A stretch of DNA of 62,105 nt, filler included. It is 5 parts of 5 records of this genome, joined end to end, with 100 filler letters (N's around TTAATTAATTAA, not from the genome) between each part and the next. Parts side by side here need not be neighbours in the genome. Positions count along the whole stretch, not along the records: positions 6,382 to 37,954 come from SRR20825010_4862; positions 38,055 to 46,687 come from SRR20825010_4863; 3 more parts are not named here. One strand, 5' to 3'. The stretch's first letter is position 1. Each line of letters starts with the position of its first letter. The translations under genes and the position numbers were made by a program. Shown one piece after another: positions 30,172-40,889 of this stretch. The notes beneath the pieces were generated by a model, which saw nothing but the letters and a program-made list of their open reading frames with translations, made no database searches and was not told the origin of the DNA.

Positions 30172-31350
30172 ATGGCGAGTGAGCAACCAATATATCTGAA
30201 CGCGATGAGTGCTGCGAATGCGCTGGGTGCGAATTGGAGTGACGTGTCGGATGCTCTTTTTGCTGCCAAGCGTGACGGGCTTGAACATACTCATAAGCTC
30301 AATGATGGACGTGAGGTGCCGGTCGGTGCGCTGGGGTTCGATCTCAATCCTCTGCCGAATGAACTGGCAGGCTGGAGTAGCCGCAATAACCGATTGGTCT
30401 ATCATTGCTTGCAACCTCTCTTGCCGGATATTGAGGCCGCCCGTGAGCGCTTTGGAGCGAGCCGTATTGGTGCTGTTATCGGTACCAGCACATCGGGCAT
30501 CGACAATAGCGAATATGCGGTGGCCGAACATTTGAAGTCAGGTGTCTGGCCAGCTGATTACCAGTTTTCTCGCCAGGAACTGGGTGACCCGTCTGCTTTC
30601 ATAGCGGCTGCTACGGGTATTGAGGGGCCATATTTTAGTGTTTCCACAGCCTGCACTTCGGGGGCGAAAGCCATAGCCAGTGCTGCTCGTTTATTGCGGG
30701 CAGGTTTGTGTGATGCAGTTATAGCCGGTGGTGTGGATACGCTATGTGGGTTGACCTTGAACGGCTTCTCGGTGCTCGATTCAATTTCTGCTGAGCGATG
30801 CAATCCATTCAGCATGAAGAGAAATGGTATCAATATTGGCGAGGGCGGAGCCCTATTTTTAGTGACACGTGATGAGGCTGGCCTGCGTGTTGCCGGATGG
30901 GGTGAGAGCGCGGACGCACATCATATGAGTGCGCCGGACCCAGAAGGTGAAGGTGCAAGTCTTGCTATTCGTCGCGCTGTCGAAGCGTCTCAAATTGAGG
31001 CCGCTGACATCGCCTATCTCAACTTGCATGGCACAGCGACGCGATTGAACGACGCTATGGAGGCGCTTGTTACACATTCAATTTTCGGTGATCGGCTGCC
31101 ATGCAGTTCCACGAAGTCCCTAACCGGACACATGCTGGGAGCCGCAGGGTCGAGCGAAGCTGCTTTCGTGGCAATGGCACTCATGCGTGGCGAGGCACCA
31201 CCGCAGGTTTGGGACGGTGAAATCGATCCTTCAATGCCCAGCATCCAGCTCATAGATCAGATTGGCGAACGCGTTTCGGGGCGGTATATGATGAGTTGTT
31301 CCTATGCCTTTGGCGGTAATAATATTTCACTCATTCTGGCTCGAAGTTGA
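30172..31350 (+). CDS. apeO: Beta-ketoacyl-ACP synthase (chain-extending partner of the CLF)
   Basis: SRNN, GTSTSG, STACTSG, NLHGT, GHMLG and AFGGNN motifs. Confidence 0.92.
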   Translation: MASEQPIYLNAMSAANALGANWSDVSDALFAAKRDGLEHTHKLNDGREVPVGALGFDLNPLPNELAGWSSRNNRLVYHCLQPLLPDIEAARERFGASRIGAVIGTSTSGIDNSEYAVAEHLKSGVWPADYQFSRQELGDPSAFIAAATGIEGPYFSVSTACTSGAKAIASAARLLRAGLCDAVIAGGVDTLCGLTLNGFSVLDSISAERCNPFSMKRNGINIGEGGALFLVTRDEAGLRVAGWGESADAHHMSAPDPEGEGASLAIRRAVEASQIEAADIAYLNLHGTATRLNDAMEALVTHSIFGDRLPCSSTKSLTGHMLGAAGSSEAAFVAMALMRGEAPPQVWDGEIDPSMPSIQLIDQIGERVSGRYMMSCSYAFGGNNISLILARS

Positions 31351-31808
31351 TGTCTCAAACCCTTCCTCCAATTGAAACCCTGATCCGGCATAGGGGACGG
31401 ATGTTACTGGTCGACCGTCTGCTTGAGGCAAGTGCCACCCATGCTGTGGGCGAAGTCACTATCAATGAACAGTCGAGCTTTTTCAGAAAGGGATGCGGGG
31501 TTCCGGCCTATGTGGGGCTTGAATATATGGCGCAGACCGTAGCCGCATTTGATGGAGCATTGCGCAACATATCCGGTGAAGAACCCGCAATCGGGTTCTT
31601 GCTGGGATCTCGGCGTTACGAAGCAACGCAAGCTTATTTTCCGGCCGGTAAAACGCTCACAATCCATGTCGATATGGTGTTCAGCGAGGGCGGTATGGCA
31701 TCTTTTGACTGCCGGATTAAACAAGAAGATGAGACGATCGTTACAGCACCGTTGAATGTATATAGACCCGAGAGTGGTGAATTTACGTTGCCGGAAGGAG
31801 CGACATGA
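31350..31808 (+). CDS. apeP: Hotdog-fold dehydratase
   Basis: LIRH.GRMLLVD, GLEYMAQ and GFLLGSR motifs. Confidence 0.88.
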   Translation: MSQTLPPIETLIRHRGRMLLVDRLLEASATHAVGEVTINEQSSFFRKGCGVPAYVGLEYMAQTVAAFDGALRNISGEEPAIGFLLGSRRYEATQAYFPAGKTLTIHVDMVFSEGGMASFDCRIKQEDETIVTAPLNVYRPESGEFTLPEGAT

Positions 31809-32545
31809 AGAAGGCTCCAATGAGAAAAACCATACTTGTGACCGGTGCAAGTAAGGGTATCGGCCGTGCAATCGCCATCCGTGTGGCGCGGGCCGGTTTT
31901 CCAGTCACTGTGCATTTCGGGCAGGACCAAGCCGGTGCAGAAGAGACGCAACGTCTTATCGAAGCCGAGGGCGGTGAAGCACGTGTGCTTGGTTTTGATG
32001 TAGCTGATCGGGATGCCGCGCGTGCAGTTCTTGAGGGTGATCTCGAAGAGTTCGGACCGTACTGGGGTATTGTGCTCAATGCGGGAATTGCGCGGGACAA
32101 TGCTTTTCCTGCACTTGATGGCGATAGTTGGGATCAGGTTCTGACAACCAATCTTGATGGTTTTTTTAACGTCGTGCATCCGCTTACTATGCCCATGATA
32201 AGGCGGCGGGACGGGGGACGCATTGTGACTATTTCGTCGGTCTCCGGCATTATCGGGAACCGAGGGCAAGTGAATTACAGTGCTGCAAAGGCCGGGATTA
32301 TCGGTGCAACCAAAGCATTGGCAGTGGAACTTGCAACACGCAATATCACAGTAAATTGCGTTGCTCCCGGCGTTATCGAAACGGCGATGATTGAAAATGC
32401 GCCAGTCGAAGAAATTTTGAAAATGATTCCGATGCAGCGTTTGGGAAAGGTGGATGAAGTAAGCGGGATTGTTGCTTTTCTTCTTTCGGACGAAGCTGGG
32501 TACATGACGCGGCAAGTGATCTCGGTCAACGGAGGCATTTGCTGA
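31805..32545 (+). CDS. apeQ: 3-oxoacyl-ACP reductase (FabG-like)
   Basis: TGASKGIG, NAG, YSAAK and VNCVAPG motifs. Confidence 0.93.
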   Translation: MKKAPMRKTILVTGASKGIGRAIAIRVARAGFPVTVHFGQDQAGAEETQRLIEAEGGEARVLGFDVADRDAARAVLEGDLEEFGPYWGIVLNAGIARDNAFPALDGDSWDQVLTTNLDGFFNVVHPLTMPMIRRRDGGRIVTISSVSGIIGNRGQVNYSAAKAGIIGATKALAVELATRNITVNCVAPGVIETAMIENAPVEEILKMIPMQRLGKVDEVSGIVAFLLSDEAGYMTRQVISVNGGIC

Positions 32546-33771
32546 TGCGTCGCGTGGTGGTTACAGGCATGGCCGGGATGACGCCGCTTGGTGATAAGTG
32601 GGGCGATATTCGAAGTGCAATGTCTGAGGGTCGCAACGGTGTTCGCTATATTGATGAATGGGATAAGCTTGGTGATATGCGAACACGGCTAGGTGCGCCG
32701 GCTTCCTATTTTGAACACGAGAAGATTTTTCCCCGTAAGAAAATGCGTTCCATGGGCCGGTGCGCTGCTTTTGCAGTCAAAGCGTCGGAGATGGCATTGG
32801 CGCAAGCCGGGCTGACAGATAGCCCGGTTTTGCAATCCGGTCGAACAGGTTGCGCATTCGGATCATCATATGGATCGACGGAGCCGACCAAAGGCTTCGT
32901 TAAATTCATGGATACCGGCGAAGCCACCGGCTTGACGGCGATGAGTTACATCAAGATGATGAGCCATACAGCTGTTATCAATGTCGGCATTTTCTTCGGA
33001 TTGCGTGGCAGGGTGATTACAACGTCTTCTGCCTGCACATCCGGTTCGCAGGCGATTGGTTATTCATACGAAGCGGTCAAATATGGCCATGCAGATGTCA
33101 TGCTGGCGGGTGGCGCTGAGGAATTGTGCCCAACGATGGCGATCGTGTTTGATACGCTTTTTGCTACAAGTTGCCTAAACGAGCGGCCAGATCGCGCACC
33201 ACGTCCGTTTGACAGAGACCGCGATGGTTTGGTGATTGGCGAAGGCAGTGCGGCCTTGGTGCTTGAAGAGCGCGAACATGCGCTGGCGCGCGGAGCTACC
33301 ATTCTCGCCGAGATTGTTGGCTTCGGAACCAATATGGACGGATCTCATGTCACAGATCCACAATCGGAGACGATGGGTGGCGCATTGAAGCTGGCGCTTG
33401 CCGATGCTTCACTTGCGCCCGAGCAGATCGACTTTGTGAGCGGACATGGCACAGCAACCATTCAAGGTGATATTGCTGAGACCATTGCAACATCGAATGT
33501 GCTTGGTCCGGATATGCCTATTCATTCATTGAAGGGATATTTCGGACATATGCTCGGCGCATGCGGCGCGGTAGAAGCTTGGCTTTCTATTGAAATGATG
33601 CATGACAAGAAGTTCGCGCCCAATCTCAATCTCGAAAATCGTGATGAGAAATGTGGTGAGCTTGACTATGTGACCGGAGCATTTCGAGAAATTGATGCGA
33701 CCTATATCATGTCGAATAATTTTGCTTTTGGCGGTGTCAATACATCGCTCATTTTCAAGCGTCCGGACTAG
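32545..33771 (+). CDS. apeR: Beta-ketoacyl-ACP synthase
   Basis: RRVVVTG, SSACTSG, GHGT, GHMLGACG and NNFAFGG motifs. Confidence 0.92.
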   Translation: MRRVVVTGMAGMTPLGDKWGDIRSAMSEGRNGVRYIDEWDKLGDMRTRLGAPASYFEHEKIFPRKKMRSMGRCAAFAVKASEMALAQAGLTDSPVLQSGRTGCAFGSSYGSTEPTKGFVKFMDTGEATGLTAMSYIKMMSHTAVINVGIFFGLRGRVITTSSACTSGSQAIGYSYEAVKYGHADVMLAGGAEELCPTMAIVFDTLFATSCLNERPDRAPRPFDRDRDGLVIGEGSAALVLEEREHALARGATILAEIVGFGTNMDGSHVTDPQSETMGGALKLALADASLAPEQIDFVSGHGTATIQGDIAETIATSNVLGPDMPIHSLKGYFGHMLGACGAVEAWLSIEMMHDKKFAPNLNLENRDEKCGELDYVTGAFREIDATYIMSNNFAFGGVNTSLIFKRPD

Positions 33772-33810
33772 AGCGCCAGTTCGAACGAGGATTGGTTGCA
33801 TGGTGTGAAA

Positions 33811-35217
33811 ATGACGACAGGTGATGAGACGCCTGACGGCTCGCGAGGCTGGTCGCAGTTGTTTGTCGAAGGGCGGCTAGCGCGTTTTGCGTTAATCTGC
33901 CTCGGCATTTGGCTTAACGCCGCAGATAGTTTGATGACTGCGACTATCATGCCGAGTGTTGCCGCAGAAATTGGCGGATATGCCTATTTCGCATGGACAA
34001 TCGCAGGTTTCATTCTTGGCGCCATTCTAGCCGGGGCGACTGCGGGGCAGATTTCTCTCCGCATGGGATTGCGATCTGGCATGGTTTTGGCCGCAGCGAT
34101 TTATGTCGTGGGTTGTATCGCCAGTGGTGCTGCTGCAAATATTGAAGTTTTTCTGATTGGGCGTTTGTTGCAAGGTATCGGCGCAGGATGGATTGTCGGG
34201 CTTTGTTATGTCGCAATCGGAACAGTTTTTCCTGAAGTCCTTTGGCCACGTATTCTTGCCACCATTTCGGGCGTATGGGGTGGGGCGACCCTGCTCAGCC
34301 CCTTAATCGGTGGACTGTTTGCCGAAGCGGGGCATTGGCGTTGGGCATTCTGGTTTTTTGCCGCACAAGGTGTGGCATTCGCCGCTGTATCCTATCTGCT
34401 TCTTTCACCGGTTCATCTTCGTGATCGTGAAGGGCGCTTGCCGTTAGTTCAGCTTGCGGTTCTGACGGCTGCCATTGTCGCGATCGCGGTGGCTGGTCTG
34501 CTGCCGAATGTTGTTCTGGCGGTCTTGCTCGGTGGTGCCGGGTTGGGCGCACTGGCCTTGTTTTTGCGCTTTGACTCTCGCTCAACTTCGTCCTTGTTGC
34601 CGCGTGCCAGTCGTAACTTGCTCAGTGCAGCGGGCTCGGGTTTTGCCATGATATTTGCGATGGCGGCCTCGGCGATAGCTTTCTCGGTTTATGGTGCGGC
34701 GATCATACAGGCGGTCTATAGGCTCTCGCCTTTGGCGGCTGGGTATATTCTTGCGATTGAATCGATGGCATGGACAGTGGCTGCTCTATGCGTCGCGGGG
34801 CTGGGTGTTCGCTGGGAAGGCCTGTTTATAAAACTGGGTAGTGTGTCGGTTTTGCTCGCCAGTATTCTTCTTGCGCTTACATTGGGCGTTGGTCCGCTTG
34901 TGGCTGTTTGTGTGGCCGCGGCATTACTTGGCAGCGGATTTGGCTTTGCATGGGGCTTTATTACGCGAAGGATTATTGTCTCCGTTCATGGCGATGAACG
35001 CGCATTGGCATCTGCCGCAGTGCCGACAATGCAGATGATAGGATATGCTACAGGGGCGGCATTAGCCGGTGTGATGGCGAATTTTCTCGGCTTTGCCAAT
35101 GGTATCGACGCACCAACCGCTGAGGCCGTGTCGTTCTGGCTTTTTGCGGGGTTTGTGCCTGTGGCTTTACTCGCTGTGCTTGCTTCTTGGCGGCTCGCAT
35201 CGCCAGAATTTGACTAG
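33811..35217 (+). CDS. MFS transporter (drug:H+ antiporter-like)
   Basis: GRLLQGIG, PLIGG and WRWAF motifs, about 14 hydrophobic segments. Start could be 33796 or 33811. Confidence 0.8.
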   Translation: MTTGDETPDGSRGWSQLFVEGRLARFALICLGIWLNAADSLMTATIMPSVAAEIGGYAYFAWTIAGFILGAILAGATAGQISLRMGLRSGMVLAAAIYVVGCIASGAAANIEVFLIGRLLQGIGAGWIVGLCYVAIGTVFPEVLWPRILATISGVWGGATLLSPLIGGLFAEAGHWRWAFWFFAAQGVAFAAVSYLLLSPVHLRDREGRLPLVQLAVLTAAIVAIAVAGLLPNVVLAVLLGGAGLGALALFLRFDSRSTSSLLPRASRNLLSAAGSGFAMIFAMAASAIAFSVYGAAIIQAVYRLSPLAAGYILAIESMAWTVAALCVAGLGVRWEGLFIKLGSVSVLLASILLALTLGVGPLVAVCVAAALLGSGFGFAWGFITRRIIVSVHGDERALASAAVPTMQMIGYATGAALAGVMANFLGFANGIDAPTAEAVSFWLFAGFVPVALLAVLASWRLASPEFD

Positions 35218-36248
35218 ATCAAACCGCGGTTGGTTAGTTCGTCTTTGAGATAGGCATAAAAAATCGGCGCTGCGATGATGCCCGGCACACCGAACCATGC
35301 TTCCATGACCAACATCGCCACAAGCAACTCCCACGCTCTTGCGCGGATACGCGTGCCGATGATGCGGGCATTGAAGAAATATTCGGCTTTGTGGATAGCG
35401 ACTAGAAATACCAGTGAGGCTATTGCGACGTAGGCTGACAGGCTCAGGCTTACGACAACAATGACTGTGTTGGAAATTAGATTACCGATGACGGGAAGTA
35501 ATCCTGCGATGAATGTCACCGCAATCATGGTCTTGATGAAAGGCAGGTGGATTCCGAACGCCGGAAGAATGATCGATATGTAAAGTCCGGTGAGTATCGT
35601 GTTGATCAACGAAATACGTACTTGTGCAAAAACAACTCTCTGAAACGAAGTTCCTAGCATTTGAGCTCGGGCCAACAAGGCACCACGCAGCGGCGGGAGA
35701 CTCTCGATCGGGTTCGCCGATGGTCCAAGTGCAGCCAACCCGCCGACCACGGCACCTACAATGATGTGAAACAAGATGCGTCCGAAATTTTCTCCCAGTG
35801 ATTGCAGCTGACCCGCATTTTCGCGAAGCCATTGCGAGGCTTGCACTTGCCAGTCGGCAGCGCTTGCAGGGATATACTGATGCGTCCAATCGGGTAGGTA
35901 TGACTTTGCCGCTTGCACAACATCTGCCATTCGGCGGAGGAGGACGACGACGTTCTCTGAACTTCCTGTGAGCATGGAAGTGAAGCCGGCGACGGCAGCG
36001 GCAAAAAGCAATATGAAAGCAATAGATAGGATGGCGAGAGCGACGATTTTGCCGGTGCGGTGCGAGACGCCCCGATTCAGCAATATAGGGGCCACCATAT
36101 GCACAAGCACATAGACGAGGATACCGGCCAGAAAGGCCGGCAATAGTCCAAGCGCCAGAACGGCGTAAAGCGCCACAGCAGTGAGAGCCAAAGCGGCCGT
36201 ATCATAGTGATTGTATCTGGCGACTTGAGAACCTGGCTGGCTATTCAT
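35214..36248 (-). CDS. AI-2E family transporter
   Basis: AQVRISLINT, GLLPVIGN and GIIAAP motifs. Start chosen at MNSQPG. Confidence 0.82.
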   Translation of the reverse strand: MNSQPGSQVARYNHYDTAALALTAVALYAVLALGLLPAFLAGILVYVLVHMVAPILLNRGVSHRTGKIVALAILSIAFILLFAAAVAGFTSMLTGSSENVVVLLRRMADVVQAAKSYLPDWTHQYIPASAADWQVQASQWLRENAGQLQSLGENFGRILFHIIVGAVVGGLAALGPSANPIESLPPLRGALLARAQMLGTSFQRVVFAQVRISLINTILTGLYISIILPAFGIHLPFIKTMIAVTFIAGLLPVIGNLISNTVIVVVSLSLSAYVAIASLVFLVAIHKAEYFFNARIIGTRIRARAWELLVAMLVMEAWFGVPGIIAAPIFYAYLKDELTNRGLI

Positions 36249-36451
36249 TGAGTGTGCATTTCGTATGACTGGGGGGCAGGGGGGCGACCTTAGCAGGCCG
36301 GGAAGATTGGTGAAATGCCGCAAAACACAATGCAGAGACATGACTCGATAGACCGCCTTGGGGCTGATGGCTATCTGACATTGCCGCCTGCGGCCTGATC
36401 CGCTAGAAGTGGCGGCTAATCCATCAACATCTATCCAAGAGTGAGCGGCAC

Positions 36452-37954
36452 ATGGCCTCCTATCAATATGTCTATGTCATGGACCGACTGTCCAAGACCT
36501 ATCCCGGTGGCAAGCAGGTTCTGAAGGATATCCGACTGTCCTTTCTCCCCGGCGTGAAGATCGGTGTTGTCGGTCTTAATGGTGCGGGTAAGTCGACGCT
36601 TTTGAAAATTATGGCCGGCGTGGACAAGGACCACACGGGCGAAGCTTGGGCCGCAGAAAGTGCCAGAGTGGGATATCTGGCACAGGAGCCGGAACTGGAT
36701 CCTACTAAGGATGTGCTCGGCAACGTCATGGAAGGTGCTAAAGAAAAGAAAGCGCTGATGGATCGCTACAACGAATTGGCGATGAACTATTCCGACGAGA
36801 CAGCGGAGGAAATGGCCAAGCTGCAGGACATTATCGACGCACAAAATCTTTGGGATCTGGATAGTCAGGTTGAAATGGCGATGGATGCATTGCGTTGCCC
36901 GGAGGGTGATGCAGATGTGAGCAAGTTGTCGGGCGGTGAGAAGCGTCGCGTCGCGCTTTGCCAGCTTCTGCTTGCTGCGCCCGATTTGCTGCTGCTTGAC
37001 GAACCGACCAACCATCTCGACGCCGAGTCCGTTGCTTGGTTGCAGTCCTATTTGAAGGAATACACAGGCACCGTGGTTCTCGTTACCCATGACCGATATT
37101 TCCTCGACAATGTGACGGGTTGGATTCTTGAACTCGATCGTGGTTCTGGCATTCCTTATGAGGGCAACTACTCGTCGTGGCTGGAGCAGAAGTCCAAGCG
37201 TCTGGAGCAGGAAGGTCGTCAGGACGAAGCAGTACAGCGCACCCTGTCGCGCGAACTTGAATGGATCCGTCAGAGTCCCAAAGCTCGACAGGCCAAGAAC
37301 AAGGCGCGTGTGCGGGCTTATGATGAATTGCTGGCAGAGGCGGGTAGGCAGCAGGATGGCAAGGCACAGATCATCATTCCGGCAGGGCCGCGTCTTGGCG
37401 GCAATGTGATCGAGGCGGAGGGGCTCTCAAAGGCCTTCGGTGACCGTTTATTGATCGAGGATTTGTCGTTCCAGCTGCCACCGGGCGGTATTGTCGGCAT
37501 TATCGGTCCTAATGGTGCGGGTAAGACGACGCTTTTCCGTATGCTGACAGGACTGGAAACCCCTGATGCAGGTACGTTGAAGATCGGTGACACTGTCGTC
37601 ATGGGGTATGTCGACCAGAGCCGCGATGATCTCACGTCCACGAAAACTGTCTGGGAAGAAATTTCAGGCGGAACCGATATTATCGAGCTTGGGAAAACAA
37701 CAATGCCAAGCCGCGCCTATGTCGGTGCGTTTAATTTCAAAGGTAGTGACCAGCAGAAGAAGGTGGGGTTGCTTTCAGGTGGTGAACGCAACCGAGTGCA
37801 TCTGGCCAAGATGTTGAAATCGGGGGCAAATTTGTTGCTTCTCGACGAACCGACCAATGACCTTGATGTCGATACATTGCGTGCGCTGGAAGATGCGCTT
37901 GTGGCGTTTGCAGGCTGCGCCGTCGTCATCAGCCATGATCGCTGGTTCCTCGAC
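36452..37954 (+). CDS. ettA: Energy-dependent translational throttle protein EttA (ABC-F), truncated at the contig end
   Basis: Two ABC domains, linker [18 protein letters not shown], and [12 protein letters not shown]. Confidence 0.93.
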
Positions 37955-38054
37955 NNNNNNNNNNNNNNNNNNNNNNNNNNNNNNNNNNNNNNNNNNNNTT
38001 AATTAATTAANNNNNNNNNNNNNNNNNNNNNNNNNNNNNNNNNNNNNNNNNNNN
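37955..38054. other. Artificial contig linker
   Basis: N44-TTAATTAATTAA-N44. Confidence 0.98.
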
Positions 38055-40877
38055 GAACCACGACTGCCCGAATCGGTAAAAAGGTTGGGAATCACCACCA
38101 AAAAGATATCACCGGATATGCTTCTTGTAGTGAACATGTATTCTCCGAAAAAGACCTACGATCAGACCTATATGGGGAACTATGCCGTGCTCCAACTCAA
38201 AGATGAACTAGCCCGTATCAAAGGGGTTGGGGATATACAGATTTTTGGAGCGGCCGAATATGCCATGCGCATTTGGCTCAATCCCGATAAAATAGCAACA
38301 TTGGACATTACTGCTGGAGAAGTGGTCGCAGCCCTAAGGGCTCAGAACGTACAGATTGCCAGTGGTACGTTGAACGCCCTCCCTTCCGGAAGTCAATCGG
38401 CCTTTGAGGTGAATATACAGACCCAAGGAAAACTGGTGACCACGGAACAGTTTGAAAATGTGATTATCAAATCAAGTGGGGATGGGAGAATTGTTCGCCT
38501 TAAAGATGTTGGCCGTGTAGAACTTGGTGCGCAAAACTACGCCACAAAGGGGTATTTAGGTAAGGACCCAGCCATAGCCATGCCTATTTTTCAACAACCG
38601 GGCGGGAATGCCTTGGAAACTGCTTCTCAGATTCAGGACAAAATGGAGGAACTGTCCAAAAGTTTCCCGAACGATCTTGAATATAAAATAGCGTACAATC
38701 CCACAGAATTTATCCAAAAGTCGGTCGATGAGGTGTACCGTACCATTTTTGAAGCAGTAATTCTAGTGGTCTTGGTAATTCTCTTGTTCCTCCAATCCTG
38801 GAGGGCAGCCATCATTCCGATTCTTGCCATACCCGTTTCGCTCATCGGTACCTTTGCCGTTATGCAGGCGATTGGGTTCTCGCTGAACAACCTTACCTTG
38901 TTTGGATTGGTTCTTGCCATCGGAATTGTGGTGGACGATGCCATTGTAGTGGTCGAAAATATGGAACGCTATTTGGCAAAGGGGCTTTCTCCAAAAGAGG
39001 CGGCTTTTAAGACGATGGATGAGGTTGGCGGAGCCTTGGTCGCCATTGGGTTGGTTTTGATAGCCGTGTTCATTCCAACTGCATTTTTAGAAGGTATTTC
39101 CGGACAATTTTATAAGCAGTTCGGGATGACGATTGCCGTGGCCACTGCCATATCAGTTTTTGTATCCCTTACTTTGAGCCCGGCCATGGCCGCATTGCTC
39201 ATGAAGCACGAGGATAGATCTTCAACAAAGAAGACGGCGATATGGCTGAGACCATTGGCCTTTATCGGAAACCGTTTCAACGGTTTTATGGATTGGGTTT
39301 CCGAACGCTATGGTAAGGCGGTGCAAAAATTGGTACGTACCGCCACCATGGTCATGGCAGTCTATTTTGGACTGATTGCCATTACAGGATTTGAGTTCAA
39401 TAGGGTGCCCCAAGGATTTATCCCGGCCATGGACCAGCAGTATTTCATTACCATTGTCCAACTTCCCCCGGGTTCCTCGCTGACCAGAACCGATAAGGTT
39501 GTACGTGAGGTACTTGACTTGGGCTTGGATATTGATGGTGTGGAAAATGCCGTTTCTTTCACAGGATTTGATGCAGCATCGTTTACCAATGCATCCAATG
39601 CAGCAGCCGTGTTCTTGACCTTGGAGGATTTTGACATTAGAAATGAAAAAGGCCTGGCATATGAAGATTTGTTGGGAACTGTAAGAGCAAAGTTTAGCCA
39701 AATTGATGATGCCATTGTATTGGTTATCCCGCCACCATCGGTAAGGGGTATCGGTAATGCAGGTGGGTTCAGGATGATGGTCCAGGATAGAGGGAACCTG
39801 GGAACGGAAGAACTCCTCAAGGCTACCAATGAGCTGGCCATGGCGGCCAATCAGGACCCTATATTGAACAACGTGTTCAGCTTTTTCAACAACCAGACCC
39901 CGCAATTATTCTTGGATATCGACCGCGTAAAGGCCGAAAAATTGGGAATCGATGTGGGGGATATCTTCCAATCCTTGGAGATTTACATGGGTTCCGCCTT
40001 TGTAAATGAGTTCAATTACTTGGGAAGGACTTTTCAGGTGACCGCCCAGGCCGATGCTCCAAACCGATTGACGCCCGATGATATTTCAAGGATCAAGGTG
40101 CGCAATGATAAAGGAGAGATGGTACCGTTGGGTACGGTCTCACAGCAAGAGGATATTTCCGGGCCTTCACGAATCCCTAGGTTCAACCTATATCCATCCG
40201 CTTCGCTCAACGGGGATTTTACGCCGGGATATAGTTCAGGTGAAGGGTTGGACCGGATGGAAGAATTGGCTGCGGAAATACTGCCACAAGGCTTATCCTA
40301 TCAATGGACGGAAATTGCCTATCAAGAAAGAAAAGCGGGCAATACCGCAGGTATAGCATTTTTATTAGCGGTCGTGTTTGTATTCCTTTTGTTGGCCGCT
40401 CAGTTCGAGAGCTTGGTATTGCCATTGGCAGTAATCTTTATTGTGCCTATGGTATTGTTATCCGCAATGATCGGGGTCGATTTGGCCGGATTGGACAATA
40501 ACATCATGGTACAGATTGGACTGGTAGTGCTTGTGGGACTGGCGAGTAAGAACGCCATTTTGATCGTGGAGTTCGCCAAACAATTGGAGGACCAAGGGGA
40601 AGAACTGAAAACCGCGGTAATTGAAGCATCAAAACTGCGATTGAGACCTATACTAATGACGGCGATGGCCTTCATCCTGGGTGTTGTTCCATTGGCCATT
40701 GCTACAGGAGCAGGTTCGGAATTACGCGTGTCCTTGGGTATCGCCGTATTCAGTGGAATGCTCGGCGTGACCGTTTTCGGAATTTTCTTGACCCCTGTAT
40801 TCTATTATTTGGGCAGAAAATGGTCATTAAAAAGGGCTGTAAGGGAAAATAAGGAGCTGGTTCATCAATTAAATTAA
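38055..40877 (+). CDS. RND efflux permease (HAE1/AcrB/MexF-like), 5'-truncated
   Basis: AIGIVVDDAIVVVEN, LTLSPA, GLASKNAILIVEFA and RLRPILMT motifs. Confidence 0.93.
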   Translation, partial: EPRLPESVKRLGITTKKISPDMLLVVNMYSPKKTYDQTYMGNYAVLQLKDELARIKGVGDIQIFGAAEYAMRIWLNPDKIATLDITAGEVVAALRAQNVQIASGTLNALPSGSQSAFEVNIQTQGKLVTTEQFENVIIKSSGDGRIVRLKDVGRVELGAQNYATKGYLGKDPAIAMPIFQQPGGNALETASQIQDKMEELSKSFPNDLEYKIAYNPTEFIQKSVDEVYRTIFEAVILVVLVILLFLQSWRAAIIPILAIPVSLIGTFAVMQAIGFSLNNLTLFGLVLAIGIVVDDAIVVVENMERYLAKGLSPKEAAFKTMDEVGGALVAIGLVLIAVFIPTAFLEGISGQFYKQFGMTIAVATAISVFVSLTLSPAMAALLMKHEDRSSTKKTAIWLRPLAFIGNRFNGFMDWVSERYGKAVQKLVRTATMVMAVYFGLIAITGFEFNRVPQGFIPAMDQQYFITIVQLPPGSSLTRTDKVVREVLDLGLDIDGVENAVSFTGFDAASFTNASNAAAVFLTLEDFDIRNEKGLAYEDLLGTVRAKFSQIDDAIVLVIPPPSVRGIGNAGGFRMMVQDRGNLGTEELLKATNELAMAANQDPILNNVFSFFNNQTPQLFLDIDRVKAEKLGIDVGDIFQSLEIYMGSAFVNEFNYLGRTFQVTAQADAPNRLTPDDISRIKVRNDKGEMVPLGTVSQQEDISGPSRIPRFNLYPSASLNGDFTPGYSSGEGLDRMEELAAEILPQGLSYQWTEIAYQERKAGNTAGIAFLLAVVFVFLLLAAQFESLVLPLAVIFIVPMVLLSAMIGVDLAGLDNNIMVQIGLVVLVGLASKNAILIVEFAKQLEDQGEELKTAVIEASKLRLRPILMTAMAFILGVVPLAIATGAGSELRVSLGIAVFSGMLGVTVFGIFLTPVFYYLGRKWSLKRAVRENKELVHQLN

Positions 40878-40889
40878 AATCAAGCAACA

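Larger units (their letters stand above)
17233..33771 (+). other. Aryl polyene (APE) biosynthetic gene cluster
   Basis: Co-directional overlapping genes in the canonical apeC to apeR order: CLF, acyltransferase, two ACPs, membrane protein, ligase/dehydratase, GT/AT, thioesterase, LolA-like, MMPL, DUF3261, KS, DH, KR, KS. Confidence 0.92.

Noticed and set aside
31634-32515. 293-aa minus-strand ORF
   Set aside because: It is antisense to apeQ and apeP. Long antisense frames are common opposite SDR genes.
36431-37090. 219-aa minus-strand ORF
   Set aside because: It is an antisense shadow of ettA with no recognisable motifs.
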